Below are positions 29,184 through 38,390 of a stretch of 64,000 nucleotides of DNA, piece after piece. The notes under the pieces were generated by a model, which had not been told where the DNA came from, ran no database searches, and was given only the letters and a program-made list of their open reading frames with translations. Position numbers and translations under genes: made by a program. This DNA is from an uncultured Ectothiorhodospiraceae bacterium (GTDB lineage: Bacteria; Pseudomonadota; Gammaproteobacteria; UBA9214). The first letter of the stretch is position 1. Each line of letters opens with the position of its first letter. The stretch covers positions 47,025-111,024 of the forward strand of contig CAYUFA010000001.1 in assembly GCA_964443845.1 (NCBI GenBank), in the 5' to 3' direction.

Positions 29184-29383
29184 CTGCCGCTTGCCTGCGC
29201 CGTTGGCACGGCGGGTTGCCGCACCCGGTACTTTAGCCGGACGCCGTTGCGCATGCACCCGCCCGGCACTGGTTCTGCGTGCATACCCGCCTCCGTTACC
29301 GGCCGGGCCGGCATGTATGGCATTGCACGGCGCTGCTGCCGGGCACCCCGGAGGGCATGGCCACCGCGTGATCCGGCCATGTT

Positions 29384-30136
29384 TCAGTCAAGGTAGCGCG
29401 CCTGCCATTCCAGGAACCTGGCGTGCGCCCAGGCAGCGTAGGATTCCCTGTCGCTGAAAGCGGCGGGGTCGAAGGGATCGTAGATATAGAAATTGACGCG
29501 GTTATTGCCCGTGGTACTCATGTGCCAGATCTTGTGCAGCAGTGTCTGCGGGTCGCGCCACTCGAAATCGTCCTGAGACTCGTAGTGCAGGAACACGGGC
29601 AGTATCGGAATCCCGGTGCGCAGCGAAATATCGAATGCGCCGTACCGGAACGTCTCGAATATGCGTCTGCCCTTGCAGCCACCCTCGGGGTAGAGCGCGA
29701 TATTCTTGCCACTGCGCAACTCGCGGTCGATTGCGTCCGCCGCGGCATTGCGGGACTCTTTCGATTCCCGGTGTACGTACAGGGTGCCGGCCGCCATGCT
29801 GATCCGGCCAACGAGCCACCAGTCCTGCACCTCGATCTTGGCCAGGGAATGCACGGGAAACACGGCGGGTATCCCGATATCCTCGAATGCGGAGGGATGA
29901 TTGGCGATCAGGATGTACTGCTCCGGCAGGCCCTTGCAGGTGTATTTCTGGTGCACGCGCAGGTCGATACCCAGCGCGCGCACGAAACTGCGCGACCAGA
30001 ACCGGAACAACGTGAAATAAAACGACCTGGTCAACGCACGTGGCAGCCAGGAGAGCAGGTACATCACCAGCGTGAACACACCCAGCTCGATCCAGCACCA
30101 CAGGCGCCAGGCAACCCTGCATACGAACCGGATCAA
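29384..30136 (-). CDS. Lysophospholipid/1-acyl-sn-glycerol-3-phosphate acyltransferase family (PlsC-like) membrane protein
   Basis: NHPSAFEDI (HX4D-type acyltransferase motif) and ALYPEGG (PEG motif) are present, with an N-terminal TM. Confidence 0.75.
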   Translation of the reverse strand: MIRFVCRVAWRLWCWIELGVFTLVMYLLSWLPRALTRSFYFTLFRFWSRSFVRALGIDLRVHQKYTCKGLPEQYILIANHPSAFEDIGIPAVFPVHSLAKIEVQDWWLVGRISMAAGTLYVHRESKESRNAAADAIDRELRSGKNIALYPEGGCKGRRIFETFRYGAFDISLRTGIPILPVFLHYESQDDFEWRDPQTLLHKIWHMSTTGNNRVNFYIYDPFDPAAFSDRESYAAWAHARFLEWQARYLD

Positions 30137-30225
30137 GGATCCACTCCTGCCACCTGAATTTCACCCCATTATGACCCCTTGTCGGCCAGCCGGGAAAGAT
30201 TTACAGGTGGAACCTGCCGGCACGT

Positions 30226-31044
30226 TCAGTGAATTTCCGCCAGCAGCTGCGCGATCACCGTGCCATCGGCCGGCTCCAGCCCGTGCGGGGCAGGCAGCGT
30301 GACCAGCCTGGACCGGCCACGCAGCACAGGCACGTTGTTCATGTCCTGGCTGTAGGCAGGCACGACGTAGTCTCCGGGACCGTTGGAGGCCCGTACCACG
30401 GAAACATACTGGATATCCGGATGCGGCTGGCTGTTCAGCCAGTACAGGAAGGTCCCGGGTCGTGCCCGGACGAGGTCAACGTACAGGCTGCGCGAACGCA
30501 TGGCCGTGTGATAGGTGCTGCCGCCCAGGAAATCGGTCAGCAGCGACAACGGGAACGGGATATCGGTGGCATCGAGCGCCTCTTCCGCCCGGCCGGTGCC
30601 GAGGTGCGGACTGGCGATCGTGACCAGCGCCTTCACGTTGGTGGCGCCACCGCGGACCAGCGCAGCCCGCGCCACCACGCCGCCGGCAGAGTGCCCGACC
30701 AGGACGATCGGTTCCGCCGGATGCCTGGCGGTGATCGATGCCAGGATCTCCTTCAGCAGGTACACCTGGACCAGGATCGGTGCCTCGGACGGCAGGTCGA
30801 CGGAATAGAACTTGTCCTTGCCCGTTGCGCCCTGCCCGGGGACCAGCCGGATGCCACCCGGTCCGGCAAGATAGACGCCGGCCGGCTGCCAGCCCTGCTG
30901 TTGCAGGATCGAGGTGACACCACTGCGATCCCAGGATCCCGCATCCCCCAGGTAGCCATGGACCAGCAATACCACCTCTGCACGCGCCAGCTGCGACAGC
31001 AGCGCAGTGCACAGCGCCAGTACCAACAGTACACTCTTCTTCAT
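30226..31044 (-). CDS. Secreted alpha/beta-hydrolase, lipase/esterase-like
   Basis: The signal peptide MKKSVLLVLALCTALLSQLARA precedes VVLLVHGYLG...IVLVGHSAGG (nucleophile elbow GHSAG). Confidence 0.75.
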   Translation of the reverse strand: MKKSVLLVLALCTALLSQLARAEVVLLVHGYLGDAGSWDRSGVTSILQQQGWQPAGVYLAGPGGIRLVPGQGATGKDKFYSVDLPSEAPILVQVYLLKEILASITARHPAEPIVLVGHSAGGVVARAALVRGGATNVKALVTIASPHLGTGRAEEALDATDIPFPLSLLTDFLGGSTYHTAMRSRSLYVDLVRARPGTFLYWLNSQPHPDIQYVSVVRASNGPGDYVVPAYSQDMNNVPVLRGRSRLVTLPAPHGLEPADGTVIAQLLAEIH

Positions 31045-31622
31045 AACCCACCTGCCTTGTTCATCGCGGTTGCTCCGATTGCCCGGCACCGACAGCGCGC
31101 AAGCAACGCACTTCCTGCCCGCTGCGCTTCTCCCGGTTGCCGTACCACTGCCACCCACCCCCGCTACATGACACAGAGTCAGCTCCCGGCCGGTAGCACC
31201 TGGCAGACAGGACACGGTCTCCAACCCTGGCGCACGTGCAACCCTCAGCCGCTGCCCGGCCGTAGAAGAGCGGTCTGGCAGGGACGATGTCTAGTATATT
31301 AGAAAATGCTTAAATACTCAACTGATGGCCCGTCCCGCCACCGGTACGGCGCTCTCTGCATTTGTTTTTGCCTTTACATGAACTTAGCGATGGATTATTA
31401 CCCAAAACCGATCCGTCAAAACAATGGCTTAGCGTCGGCGTCCCGGTGTATCGTGATATTTATATATTAAACAGTGTGTTATGAGTTGACGCGCGAGTGC
31501 GGAAAAAATAATTTTAGCGCCTTTTGAATATATAAAAATTACCCGATTCCGATATACCTGCATTATCAGCCCCCTACACACGCCCGCCGGAAACCCCCCG
31601 AATTTCCGTCAATCAATTGTGG

Positions 31623-31653
31623 TTGACAGGCCCCGGCCCAGAAGGCGTAATCA
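31623..31653 (+). promoter_or_regulatory. Sigma-70-like promoter (TTGACA -35, 17–19 nt spacer, CGTAAT/TAATCA -10) inside an AT-rich islet
   Basis: TTGACAggccccggcccagaaggCGTAATCA read from the sequence, about 40 nt upstream of a TTG start with an AGGAG RBS. Confidence 0.4.
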
Positions 31654-31694
31654 TTACCAATTCATTGATCGAACCTTGTTCCCAGGAGTGGCTC

Positions 31695-31889
31695 TTGGAA
31701 AACATAACCTTCGATGTTGATGAGTTGTCCCGACTGGACGAGGTGCAACAGGCACGACGCCTCGAAGAGGCGCAGCGCCGGATCGATGAAGTGCAACGTG
31801 CTGCCGCTGGCGATCCCGACTCACTTCGGTGGGTCCAACAGCAGCGACAATACCTAGTGGATATGCAGCATTTGATATTTACGTGTTAG
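31695..31889 (+). CDS. Small predicted coiled-coil protein (64 aa from the TTG start; the track ORF extends back to 31617)
   Basis: AGGAG then 6 nt then TTG. Sequence: MENITFDVDELSRLDEVQQARRLEEAQRRIDEVQRAAAGDPDSLRWVQQQRQYLVDMQHLIFTC. It ends at a strong intrinsic terminator. Local GC is about 45%, against about 65% for the flanks. Confidence 0.45.
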   Translation: MENITFDVDELSRLDEVQQARRLEEAQRRIDEVQRAAAGDPDSLRWVQQQRQYLVDMQHLIFTC

Positions 31890-31911
31890 CCCGACACGAA
31901 CCTCCATTTAC

Positions 31912-31940
31912 CAACCCGCCCAGCCTGGCGGGTTTTTTTT
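31912..31940 (+). terminator. Rho-independent terminator
   Basis: CCCGCCCAGCCTGGCGGG hairpin followed by TTTTTTTT. Confidence 0.8.
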
Positions 31941-32030
31941 GTCCCGCGTCCGCCCCGGCAGGCGCCGGACTCCCAATCCGCCGTCACCACGAGTACCCTC
32001 GAAAGAACGAATCCGCGCCTCGAGACATGC

Positions 32031-32522
32031 ATGCAGTGCTGGCAGGCCAATGAACTATTACTGTTGCTCGTTGCAGTCAACGGGATGCCCGTCCTCGTGG
32101 GGATACTGGCGGGTACCTGGCTGGATACACCCCTCGACGGAGGCAAGGTGTTACGGGACGGTTCTCGCCTGTTTGGTCCGTCCAAGACCCTGCGCGGACT
32201 GGCGATCGGTATCCTGGCTGGCGCGCTGGCCGCACCCCTGGCCGGGCTGGATGGCAGCTCGGGTGCCGCGTTCGGAGCTCTGTCGATGCTCGGCGATCTC
32301 GGCACCAGCTTCGTGAAACGGCGCCTCGGCTACCCGTCCAGTGATTCGCGTCCCCTGCTCGACCAGTTGCCGGAATGCCTGCTGCCCATGGTGATGCTCA
32401 AACCGCTGCTGGATACCGGATTTTCCGAGATCCTGGCCGCCACGGCCGCTTTTACCGTCCTCGACCTGCTGATCACCCGGTTCCTGCGCCGGCTCAGGCC
32501 GCATGCAGGTGATGCAGGGTGA
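32031..32522 (+). CDS. CDP-alcohol/CDP-diglyceride-synthase-like (CarS/DUF46-like) membrane protein
   Basis: Multi-TM protein with GDLGTSFVKRRLGYPSSDSRPLLDQLPE, resembling the CTP-transferase signature GDLxxSxxKRxxG. Confidence 0.55.
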   Translation: MQCWQANELLLLLVAVNGMPVLVGILAGTWLDTPLDGGKVLRDGSRLFGPSKTLRGLAIGILAGALAAPLAGLDGSSGAAFGALSMLGDLGTSFVKRRLGYPSSDSRPLLDQLPECLLPMVMLKPLLDTGFSEILAATAAFTVLDLLITRFLRRLRPHAGDAG

Positions 32523-33489
32523 TCTCCGGCGGACAGTTCAGCCGGATGTCCGCCACGCACACGCCGGAGCCGACCGAGGTATACCCCTGCATGGACAGGT
32601 AGCGCCAGGCACCCTTGCAGAATTCCCGCCGGCAGGCCACGTTGCACATCACGGCGACGCCCCCCGGCAGGCAGATCTGTCCGCCGTGGGTATGTCCGCA
32701 CAGCAGCAGGTCGAAATCCGCGTGCGCCGCCGCGCGGTAGATCTCCGGACTGTGCGCCAGCAGGATCGATACGGCACCATCCGGTATGGCATCCGCCGCT
32801 TTCTCCAGGTTGTCCGCCCGGTAATAATGGGGGTCATCGATACCGGCGAGATAGATACGCGCCCCGTCCCGCTCCAGCACCACGTGTTCATTCATCAGCG
32901 TGTGGATTCCCATCGCTTCCATGGCCGGTACCATGCTGATGCTGTCATGGTTACCGAGCACGGCGTACACCGCCTCACCAAGCTGCGTGCGCACCTGGCG
33001 CAGCCCGTCCAGGGCCGGCTGGCACGGACCGAACGTTTCTGCGCGGTAATCCCCCGTAAGCACACAGACGTCGTAATCCAGCGCACGCACGGCCGTTGCC
33101 AGAACATGCGGAAAATCCGGCGCCATGTCCAGGTGCAGATCGGAAACATGCAGCAGGGTGTATCCCTCGAACGAGGCCGGCAGTCCGTCCACGTGGATGT
33201 GGTTGTGGCGCACCTGGATGCGGCGCGCGCTGCGGCGGCCGTAGGCCTGCAACAGCACCAGCTGGAACATCAGGCGCAGCAACGGCCGCATGGAGCGGAC
33301 ATTCTCGATATGAAAGAAATTTCTTCCCTGTCCGAACCGCTGGTGTTCGTAGGCCCGTTCCATGCCGAGCCGCTGGCGCAGGTGAATTCTCCCGACACGG
33401 GACTGCAGCACGGAGAGGGTTTGCTCATCGATCGAATTCGGCTGCATCCGCGGATTGTGGGTTGGTGCCGCCCGGTTTTCAATCCGCAT
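32494..33489 (-). CDS. Calcineurin-like metallophosphoesterase
   Basis: The ATG at 33489 has a GGGAGG RBS. Motifs LHVSDLHLD, GDY, GNHD, GHTHGGQ are present. Confidence 0.8.
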   Translation of the reverse strand: MRIENRAAPTHNPRMQPNSIDEQTLSVLQSRVGRIHLRQRLGMERAYEHQRFGQGRNFFHIENVRSMRPLLRLMFQLVLLQAYGRRSARRIQVRHNHIHVDGLPASFEGYTLLHVSDLHLDMAPDFPHVLATAVRALDYDVCVLTGDYRAETFGPCQPALDGLRQVRTQLGEAVYAVLGNHDSISMVPAMEAMGIHTLMNEHVVLERDGARIYLAGIDDPHYYRADNLEKAADAIPDGAVSILLAHSPEIYRAAAHADFDLLLCGHTHGGQICLPGGVAVMCNVACRREFCKGAWRYLSMQGYTSVGSGVCVADIRLNCPPEITLHHLHAA

Positions 33490-33822
33490 CCGGTCCTCCC
33501 GGTTTTGCAAGCGGTGCAGGGTTCCACTCGCCGAGCCTCCGGCGGACTGCCTTCCAGGGCTCATTGCGCGGCTGCCCTCCTGCCCGACCGGTGTTGACCT
33601 GGCCGATGCGCGCCATGCCTGCCGGGTTGCCGACAGGGACCCGCAACCCGCCTGGTCAGGAGGCCGCGCATCACACCCGCCACGCAACCGCAGGGAATCC
33701 ATGCGTGCCGCAGAGCACAGACTCCTCCGGACAGTAATGGCATATGAAATGCATGGTTTATACCGAGCTCCCTGCCACCACATCCTGTGCAGGACACCCT
33801 GGGGAATAATGGAGGTATCGGC

Positions 33823-34047
33823 ATGAAAACACTTGAACTTCAGTTAATTACAGTTGGACTCGACGATGGTAAGCAGGGTGTCTTCGTGGGGTTTCCGCTG
33901 GTGACAAGCCAGTCGGCGGAAGAATGTGGCCAGGTCGAAAATATCTGGTTTTCCAATATAAAAGAAGTACCTGACAGCCTTACCATGCAGGAATTGCTGG
34001 CGCTGATCGGCAAGCAGCTGTTCGACAAGCTGGCCACCCTGCAATAG
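33823..34047 (+). CDS. Hypothetical small protein (74 aa), lower GC than its surroundings
   Basis: A strong GGAGG RBS 7 nt before the ATG. MKTLELQLITVGLDDGKQGVFVGFPLVTSQSAEECGQVENIWFSNIKEVPDSLTMQELLALIGKQLFDKLATLQ. Confidence 0.5.
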   Translation: MKTLELQLITVGLDDGKQGVFVGFPLVTSQSAEECGQVENIWFSNIKEVPDSLTMQELLALIGKQLFDKLATLQ

Positions 34048-34198
34048 GCAGTTTCCGCCAATTTTCCGACATACTGGATACCTGATCCCAAAAATTCGTC
34101 AACATATTGCCGATTGTCGAGTCGCATCGCCGCCGGCCAGCCGCCAGCGCGGATGAAAATCCCGGCCGGGCCCCGGGCAGGACCCGGCCGGATATGGC

Positions 34199-34204
34199 TA
34201 TAAT
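34199..34204 (+). promoter_or_regulatory. Perfect TATAAT -10 hexamer 32 nt upstream of the glutaredoxin start
   Basis: ggcTATAATtccgc read directly from the sequence; the -35 is poor. Confidence 0.35.
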
Positions 34205-34235
34205 TCCGCATCCTGCCCGCACAACGGTATCCCTC

Positions 34236-34493
34236 ATGGCACGTGTCAAGATTTTCAGTACGGCCCACTGTCCTTTCTGCACCAAGGCCAAGCATCTGCT
34301 CACCAAGTGGAAGATCCCCTATGACGAAGCAATGATCGATTCGGACGTGGCTGCCCGGCGCGAATTCGCCAAAGTCACCAATGGCGCACGCACCGTACCC
34401 CAGATCGTGATTGACGGCGTCTGTATCGGCGGTTTCACCGAGCTGACCGAACTGCACATGGATGACAGGCTCGACCACCTGGTCGAACCGTAG
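34236..34493 (+). CDS. Glutaredoxin (CPFC active site)
   Basis: MARVKIFSTAHCPFCTKAKHLL...TVPQIVIDGVCIGGFTEL. Confidence 0.88.
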   Translation: MARVKIFSTAHCPFCTKAKHLLTKWKIPYDEAMIDSDVAARREFAKVTNGARTVPQIVIDGVCIGGFTELTELHMDDRLDHLVEP

Positions 34494-34509
34494 CGCGGCA
34501 CGGACCTCC

Positions 34510-34848
34510 ATGAAAGATCGCAAGATTTTCCGTATCAGCTTCTACAATCGCGGCGCCATCTACGAACTCTACGCCCGCAGCGTACAGCACAGCGACCTGT
34601 ATGCCTTCGTGGATGTTGAGGGCATCATCTTCGGGGAGCGCAGCGCCATCGTGATCGATCCGTCCGAGGAACGGCTCAAGACCGAGTTCCAGGGCGTACG
34701 GCGCACCAGCATCCCCCTGCAGTCGATCATCCGCATCGACGAAGTCGAACGCGAGGGCAGCAACCGCATAATCGAGCCCGACGGCAAACCCGGCAAGGTC
34801 ACGCCCTTCCCGGCGCCACCCGGGAGCGGGCACCGGTCCGACCCGTAG
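34510..34848 (+). CDS. Conserved hypothetical protein resembling the DUF1820 family
   Basis: MKDRKIFRISFYNRGAIYELYARSVQHSDLYAFVDVEGIIFGERSAIVIDPSEERLKTEFQGVRRTSIPLQSIIRIDEV. Confidence 0.55.
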   Translation: MKDRKIFRISFYNRGAIYELYARSVQHSDLYAFVDVEGIIFGERSAIVIDPSEERLKTEFQGVRRTSIPLQSIIRIDEVEREGSNRIIEPDGKPGKVTPFPAPPGSGHRSDP

Positions 34849-34929
34849 CCCGGCGCGCCGGTGCTTGCCTTCCGACCTGAACTGGCGTCCAATAGAGATT
34901 GAAAAACAAACGGAATCTGGAGGAGTTCC

Positions 34930-35355
34930 ATGGACTATGCACACGTCATCACCCCGAAAAAACTGACCAACATGCAGGACATGGAGGTGCATGTGAATGG
35001 TCCGGACGGGGCGAACCGGCTGTATATCTACAGCGGCATGGCCGAGGTCGAACTCTGTGGCGGCCTGCCCCATCCGCGCTGGTCCCTGGAAGTGATCTGC
35101 TTCAATATCGGCCGCAAATACAACTGCAGCGGCGGCGATGAGGTCCTCAAGATCGTTGCCTCGGCCGCGCTGGCCGGCGGGCGCACGGACGGTGTGGCCA
35201 GTTTCGCCGGCTGGGAGATCTTCGGGGCGGCCGGGGAATATGATGAATCCGACTGCAAGGTACGCATGAACATTGCCGCCGGTGCCCGCGACACTCAGGC
35301 CTACCTCGAACAGATCTGCTTCCACGTCCACGTACTTGCCAGGGTGAACGGCTGA
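34930..35355 (+). CDS. Hypothetical protein (141 aa)
   Basis: A GGAGGAG RBS precedes the start. MDYAHVITPKKLTNMQDMEVHVNGPDGANRLYIYSGMAEVELCGG.... Confidence 0.5.
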   Translation: MDYAHVITPKKLTNMQDMEVHVNGPDGANRLYIYSGMAEVELCGGLPHPRWSLEVICFNIGRKYNCSGGDEVLKIVASAALAGGRTDGVASFAGWEIFGAAGEYDESDCKVRMNIAAGARDTQAYLEQICFHVHVLARVNG

Positions 35356-35446
35356 GTGGGACGGCAACCGGCCGCCGCTGCCAGCCCCCTGCGAGATATC
35401 GGCCCCGCCCGCACCGGCAGGGTCGCGGGACAGGATGCAGCAGGTT

Positions 35447-35773
35447 TTAGTGGCTGCCCTGCAGCGCCCGCATCCGCACCCGCCAGCGCGCCGGAAACTC
35501 CAGGATTCCACGCGAACGGCGCAGCGCACGCAGGTACAGGCGGGAGGCTCGAAAACCCTCGCGGAATGACTGCTTCATGAATTCCACCCGGTCCAGCTGG
35601 CCACCCTTGAGGCCATGGCGGAACCCTGCGCAGAAGCGCTCCTTGATCAGGGTGGGAGGAATGCGGATCCCCACTTCCTCCGGCTCCGGATAATGCACGT
35701 CCATCGCGACACCTCGCTGTTTCGCTGCCACCTGAACAAGATATCGGCGCTCCGTCGCACGCTTTAAATTCAT
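35447..35773 (-). CDS. Hypothetical basic protein (108 aa); possibly leaderless, with the start abutting an AT-rich inverted repeat
   Basis: MNLKRATERRYLVQVAAKQRGVAMDVHYPEPEEVGIRIPPTLIKERFCAGFRHGLKGGQLDRVEFMKQSFREGFRASRLYLRALRRSRG.... There is no RBS; TATAAATGTATTTATATCATATAGTTAC lies immediately 5' of the ATG. Confidence 0.45.
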   Translation of the reverse strand: MNLKRATERRYLVQVAAKQRGVAMDVHYPEPEEVGIRIPPTLIKERFCAGFRHGLKGGQLDRVEFMKQSFREGFRASRLYLRALRRSRGILEFPARWRVRMRALQGSH

Positions 35774-35785
35774 GTAACTATATGA

Positions 35786-35801
35786 TATAAATACATTTAT
35801 A
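35786..35801. promoter_or_regulatory. Inverted repeat TATAAAT-AC-ATTTATA (candidate operator or -10 region) in the divergent region between the hypothetical gene and msrA
   Basis: Perfect 7-bp arms with a 2-bp spacer, read from the sequence. Confidence 0.4.
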
Positions 35802-36045
35802 GACAAGACAGGGGGTCTTGCCGGGTGCGGGACGGGCACGAACCGCGTGCGTGGGCCGCGTGACGGCCTGCAGGACGCAGGTCGCTGCGCTCCCGGCCCT
35901 GGCGCGCGGATACGGAAGACCGCCAGCGGTCTGCCCCCTGCCCGGTACAAACCGGGAGGAACACGGGCTCCCCCGACCGGCCGTGAAACAAAAGTTTCCG
36001 GACGCTGTCATTAGCGATACGGCAAATCCAGAGGCAGACTCACGC

Positions 36046-36681
36046 ATGAACACATTTCTGATCCGGCGCTGGTACCTGGCACTTGTGTATGCCTGCGCCC
36101 TCCTCGCGACACCGGCGGCATACGCGGACCAGCCGGTAACGCCGGGCGCCGCCATCGCAACCTTTGCCGGCGGCTGCTTCTGGTGTATGGAGCCACCGTT
36201 CGACAAGATTGACGGGGTCCTCTCCACGATCGTGGGCTACACCGGGGGCACCATGCAGAACCCGACCTACAAGGATGTGTCGAAGGGGGGTACGGGACAC
36301 GCCGAATCAGTACAGATCACCTACGACCCGAAACGGGTCAGCTACCAGCAGCTGCTGAATGTGTTCTGGCACAATGTCGACCCGACCAGTGCCGATGGCC
36401 AGTTCTGTGACTGGGGCGACCAGTACCGCAGTGAAATCTTCTATCACACACCCGAGCAGAAGCGCCTCGCCGAACAGTCGAAGGCCGAACTGGAAAAGAC
36501 CAAGCCGTTCAAGGGAGCGATCGTCACCCGGATCACGGCCGCGGGGAAATTCTGGCCGGCTGAGGAATATCACCAGAAGTACTATCAGAAAAATCCGCTG
36601 CGCTACAAGTTCTATCGCTATGGCTGCGGGCGCGACAAGCGCCTGGAAGAGCTGTGGGGCAAGTCGGACAGCGCACACTGA
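36046..36681 (+). CDS. msrA: Peptide methionine sulfoxide reductase MsrA with a signal peptide (periplasmic)
   Basis: ATFAGGCFWCMEPPFDKIDGVLSTIVGYTGG has the GCFWC active site. The N-terminal signal peptide is MNTFLIRRWYLALVYACALLATPAAYA. Confidence 0.9.
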   Translation: MNTFLIRRWYLALVYACALLATPAAYADQPVTPGAAIATFAGGCFWCMEPPFDKIDGVLSTIVGYTGGTMQNPTYKDVSKGGTGHAESVQITYDPKRVSYQQLLNVFWHNVDPTSADGQFCDWGDQYRSEIFYHTPEQKRLAEQSKAELEKTKPFKGAIVTRITAAGKFWPAEEYHQKYYQKNPLRYKFYRYGCGRDKRLEELWGKSDSAH

Positions 36682-36816
36682 GCGCCCGTCCCCGGCGCTG
36701 AATCCGCAACCACCTGCACTCCGCGGCGGATTCCCGCCCGGTCACCCGCCCACGGCATGATCACACCCGCACGCCCGGCCGGACGGTGGTGGACGCGGGC
36801 AATGACCGGACAGCCG

Positions 36817-37002
36817 CTAGTGCCAGAAGAAGAATTCGACTGTGGGATTCCGGTGGTGCCGCTGCAGCTTGCGCTCGTAATGCGCGATCCTCATGACCAG
36901 CACGCCGGCCACAATCAGCAGCATGGCCACGATGATCGACAACAGGGGCGGGTAGAGCACCAGCAACAACCCGGCAACGATGAGTATTGCGCCTGCAAGC
37001 AT
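36817..37002 (-). CDS. Small two-TM membrane protein (61 aa), DUF3096-like
   Basis: MLAGAILIVAGLLLVLYPPLLSIIVAMLLIVAGVLVM. Confidence 0.4.
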   Translation of the reverse strand: MLAGAILIVAGLLLVLYPPLLSIIVAMLLIVAGVLVMRIAHYERKLQRHHRNPTVEFFFWH

Positions 37003-37154
37003 GATTCACTCCGGAAAATTCACCAGACCTGTCTTCAAGTTCGGGGCGCAACGGCACAAATTCAAGTGACCCGCGGCGCAGCGCCCGTATCCTGCTGCCG
37101 GGACCGCCACCGTGGAAGCACACCGGCCGGCCTGTGGCAGGCCGGCAAGGGGTA

Positions 37155-38213
37155 TCAGGGCGTGCGGGTGGCGATGCCGGCACCGTACTCCCGGCCGCGC
37201 ACCGGTACCAGGTTGCCGAGGAACTGCAGGCTGGCCGCCTCCCAGGAGAAGCGCATGGCGCAGGCGCGGACGTGCTCCCGGGGCAGTTCCAGCGCCGCCA
37301 TGGCCGCCCTGCCCAGGTCGGCATCCAGTATCCCGCCAGCACCCTGCTGCACGACATCGACCGGACCCGTGACCGGATAGGCGGCCACCGGTACCCCACA
37401 GGCCATCGCTTCCAGCAGCACGAGGCCGAACGTGTCCGTCAGGCTGGGGAACACGAACACGTCGGCCGCGGCGAGATAGCGTGCCAGTTCCGCACCGAAG
37501 CGATACCCGGCGAACATCGCCCGCGGATAGCGCCTGCGCAACTCCGCCAGCGCGGGCCCGTCACCGATCACGCACTTGCTGCCGGGCAGGTCCAGGTCGA
37601 GGAAGGCCGTCAGATTCTTTTCGACCGCAATGCGCCCGGCATAGGCGAACACCGGGCGCGCCAATCCCAGTTCCTGTCGCTCGTCCGGGCGGAACAGGGT
37701 GGTATCGACGCCCCTGGACCAGCGCGCAAGATTGCGGAATCGCCAGCGCCTGAGCCGTCGTTCCTGGCTCGGGGTAGCCACCAGCGTGCACGCGGCCGCG
37801 CGGTGAAAACGCCGCACCAGGGCATAGGACACGGGCAACGGCACCGGGATGCGCCTGCGGAGGTATTCGGGAAACTGGGTGTGATAGGAGGTGGTGAATT
37901 CCAGTGCATTGCGCAGACAGTACCTGCGCGCGGCCAGTCCGAGCGGACCTTCGGTGGCAATATGGATGTGATCCGGTGCCAGTCGCTCGAGACGCCGGGC
38001 AACCGCGCGATACGGCAGTATTGCCAGCCGGATCTCGGGATAGGTCGGACAGGGCAGGGTACGATGCTCCTGCACGGACAGCACCTCCACTGTGTGCCCC
38101 AGGGCAACCAGCGTTTGCCGTGTCTGTTGCAGCGTATTGACCACACCGTTGACCTGCGGTGTCCAGGCGTCGGTGACGATGGCGATCGAGACAGCGGCCA
38201 TGACTCCTGCCAT
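37155..38213 (-). CDS. Glycosyltransferase family 4 (GT-B, group 1)
   Basis: Conserved GT4 motifs ...FAGYRFGAELARYLAAADVFVFPSLTDTFGLVLLEAMACGVPVAAYPVTG.... The start is 38213 (longest ORF) or 38201 (AGGAG RBS with short spacing). Confidence 0.8.
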   Translation of the reverse strand: MAGVMAAVSIAIVTDAWTPQVNGVVNTLQQTRQTLVALGHTVEVLSVQEHRTLPCPTYPEIRLAILPYRAVARRLERLAPDHIHIATEGPLGLAARRYCLRNALEFTTSYHTQFPEYLRRRIPVPLPVSYALVRRFHRAAACTLVATPSQERRLRRWRFRNLARWSRGVDTTLFRPDERQELGLARPVFAYAGRIAVEKNLTAFLDLDLPGSKCVIGDGPALAELRRRYPRAMFAGYRFGAELARYLAAADVFVFPSLTDTFGLVLLEAMACGVPVAAYPVTGPVDVVQQGAGGILDADLGRAAMAALELPREHVRACAMRFSWEAASLQFLGNLVPVRGREYGAGIATRTP

Positions 38214-38305
38214 GCATGCAAGTTGCAGACGCCAAGTATCCGGACCACGGGTGACAGTTTGATTGCATATTCATGACCGGACGGTTACGCCGCGCCCGCC
38301 CCGGA

Positions 38306-38334
38306 CTGTCACGAAAAATACACACAACCGTCAT
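38306..38334 (+). promoter_or_regulatory. Pho-box-like direct repeats CTGTCAC-N4-AATACAC-N4-CCGTCAT in the divergent GT4/PAP2 intergenic region
   Basis: 7-nt repeats at 11-bp phasing, with the outer two matching the PhoB consensus CTGTCAT at 6 or 7 of 7. Additional GTGACAG half-sites lie at about 38255 and 38365 on the other strand. Confidence 0.4.
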
Positions 38335-38390
38335 CGAATCGTTGCAATCCTCTGGCACAGTCGTGACAGCTCAATACGAGGATTTCCCCC

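Noticed and set aside
27714-29396. 560-aa plus-strand ORF opposite the hybrid histidine kinase
   Set aside because: Antisense to an HK with H, N and G boxes and two receivers; the antisense frame has no domain signature.
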